A stretch of 64,000 bases of DNA from contig JBLDXI010000036.1 of assembly GCA_047495785.1 (NCBI GenBank), forward strand, positions 372,001 to 436,000, read 5' to 3'. Each line of letters starts with the position of its first letter. Position 1 is the first letter of the stretch. This DNA is from Lepidodermella squamata (taxonomy: Eukaryota; Animalia; Gastrotricha). This document shows positions 61,476 to 64,000 of this stretch, piece after piece. Position numbers and translations under genes: made by a program. The notes under the pieces are model-generated. The model made no database searches and was not told the origin of the DNA. It saw nothing but the letters and a program-made list of their open reading frames with translations.

Positions 61476-62989
61476 CGTCAGAAGCGTCTAAAAATAGGAG
61501 AAATAAAAATAGGATGTTGGGACAAATTAAATTTTTAGGGAAAATTCCACCTTAACACTTTAACTGCCCAAATTACGGCAAAAGTACCGTTGCGGTCGTA
61601 ACTAAGTATCGGTATTTCGTATCAACACTAAGTTTCGTTATTTTGTACCGACATTTTTGCGGTTAGAAAATGCCGGTACTTTGTCACGTCATTGCCGGTA
61701 TTTAGTACCGAATCGAGATTACAAACTGAAGCACGGGGCACTTATAACAACCGCAAACCAAATCATTGATGGGATTTTCAAGCTTCCGACTGAGAAATGG
61801 CTTCGGAAACCAGATTAGTACGCGAATTAACACTGGTTTTGAACAAAACAATATACTATATTGAGATAATTATGCTATAATGCGCCTAGTTGAGATGAAA
61901 TAACCGAAGATCCTTATACATCCATATACACATGGAATATCTTCTTTCGAATTTATAAAGTTTTGATTGATTTTGCTTTTCCACTTTGATTTTACGAGAG
62001 GGAAAACGTCAGATTCGAGCTCCTAAATAACAAGTGATCTACACGGACTCCTTTTTATTCTGATCATGAATATTGGGTTACGAATATATCAAAACTTCAA
62101 AAGCAGGTTTTAAGTTGAACATTGATATCTTTAGGCATAGAGCCGCTTCTGGAACAGAGTCCTCATTTTCGACGAAGCTATGAGCTTGAGTAACCGTAAG
62201 TTATCGTTTTAACATTAGGCAGGGTCGTATCTTGAATTAGTATGAATTCAGGGTGAAGAATGTAATTTTTCGACCAAGAAGCGATAAAGAAAGCTCTAAT
62301 CGCAGGCTTTTTGTTGCAGGACCGATTTTGATTAAGCGCCCCTTAGATCACGGCTTTGCTATTAGCTGCATTTTTCAAGAGCGGGATGCGGGAACTGGTT
62401 CAAAATGAGTGTATCAACGGCTTGGCAGTGTTCCAAACAGGTGTCCCAAGAAGGTAAACCGAGTCAAAATACTGCAGCCAGAGAAGCCGGGAATGGTTCA
62501 TCTTTTATCTGGTATGCGCGGCGTTGTTCCTGGCACCGTTCCAAGTCAGCTCCCTAGCGAAAGGCCCCGCTAGTAATAGAGCGATACTAGCTCCAAGTTA
62601 TCCTGGTTTTTTCTGAAGTTAGTGCAGTCGGTTGCGCTGTGTGATTTAGAGAAAGCAGTTATATTGCTCTCCCGGTAGAACTGTCCCTTCACGGTCCGGC
62701 CCATCTTCCACAGCTCACAAGTTCGGAGTGGATCCGAAGTACCCTACCTGTTGCCAACAGAGCCTATGAGTCTCCTATGGGCTATCAGGGTTCACTCCGC
62801 AAGTGTATACTTTTTCTTGACATGACTCTTCCCTTTGACATGCGAAAATGGGACTAATTTGGTTACTACCTTGTCACAAAACGTGGGTTCAAAGTAGGGT
62901 AAGTTCGCCTGGAGCTCTCAACCTACTTGAACACTACACCAGTAATTACAAAACTGAATTCACTAGATGACGAATTGGGTAAGGTTTTG

Positions 62990-63663
62990 TAATTACTGCG
63001 ACACAGTCATTGGCGAAGCCTGCAAAACTTCAAGAGATCGAATGCAAAGCCTTCAGGACAGAGCCGTTCGTATCATCATGAACGCGCCGTACAATGCCGA
63101 CGCAGCTCCTTTACGGAAAGAGCTTGGTTGGCTGGACTTGTCTGGAAAACGCAACGTCCACTTAGCTACGTTAATGTTTCGATGCGTAATTGGCGAAGCC
63201 CCTGACGCCATTATTAACTTATTTACAGTCAGCAAGCCAAGTCGCCTTCGCAGCTCGCGCTTAACCTTCCAGGTACCGAAGATGCGGCTCGATTTCGGAA
63301 TGGCCAGCCTGAGCTATCGAGGCCCGAAATTTTTCAACACCCTGCCAGTCAATTTCCATTGCTCACAACATCGAGCAATCGATATTGGCGATTACGACGG
63401 CACTCTACCAACGTGCTACTGCGGTCTCAAAGCTTGCGCGAGCGCAAAAGACTGCCGACAAATAGTCTACGAACACTTCTTAAATTGTTGATTATTTTTA
63501 CTACATTTGTTGTATTGTTGTGTACTGATTGTTGCGACTTATGAAACGGCCTGATTAGACACCGTATCTCTGCCTAATTGTTTTTTCACTCGCCCCTTTT
63601 CACACTTCGAGCTCTCAACAATGGGATTTATGCTCAATAAATAAATAAATAAATAAATAATAA
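62990..63663 (+). mobile_element. 5'-truncated CR1/L2-group LINE 3' end with (TAAA)n tail
   Basis: LQDRAVRII...LGWLDL..R..HLA.LMFR...SLSYRGPKFFNTLP; AATAAATAAA tail 63637-63663. Confidence 0.8.
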
Positions 63664-64000
63664 GGTAAATTTTACGATCTTTGACCTTTTTCGTTATGCT
63701 ACCAAAAGGAACTAGAATTCTCGGGTGTGACTTTTTTTATCCGACAAATGTCTTAACTCATCCGAAATTCTAATCATAAAATCATATGAAAAATTCAATT
63801 TTCTAGATTTTCCCATAGGTAAATACCCCCATTTTGCACTCTTTGGCCCCGAGTAGGAAGAATTGTATGGCAAAAGATTTATGGCGATCAGAGTAGTCTC
63901 TTTTTTACTGTAATTTTTCGAAAATATGAAAAAGCAAGTCGGATGATTCTAGTCCTATTTTTGCATTTCGGATGAAATAAGACACGAGTTGGCAATATAA

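Overview
Repeat-rich animal (probably invertebrate) genomic DNA with short GT-AG introns (mostly about 50-75 nt). (1) A young, full-length Ty3/Gypsy retrovirus-like element (5352-14549): 195-bp LTRs with 1 mismatch, tRNA-Leu PBS, gag with two CCHC knuckles, a -1 frameshift signal with pseudoknot, pol (PR, dUTPase-like segment, RT, RH, IN) broken by a single MITE, and an intact 708-aa env-like ORF whose tail carries adjacent PTAP and PPxY motifs. (2) A minus-strand cluster of at least 11 copies or fragments of a two-exon gene, largely missed by the ORF track, encoding small secreted precursors: signal peptide, single-disulfide loop peptide, GR-EEAxPxEA spacer, second peptide. These alternate with intronless secreted PAN/apple mini-genes. 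(3) Three near-identical 7.8-7.9 kb tandem units (19476-43126) carrying a NEK-like kinase-ankyrin gene, of which only the last copy is complete. (4) A segmental duplication (541-5351 vs about 44911-55958), a 6.9-kb CMC-like non-autonomous element, nested MITEs, and LINE, MULE-like and Ginger-like remnants. All comparisons were made by eye; no searches were run.
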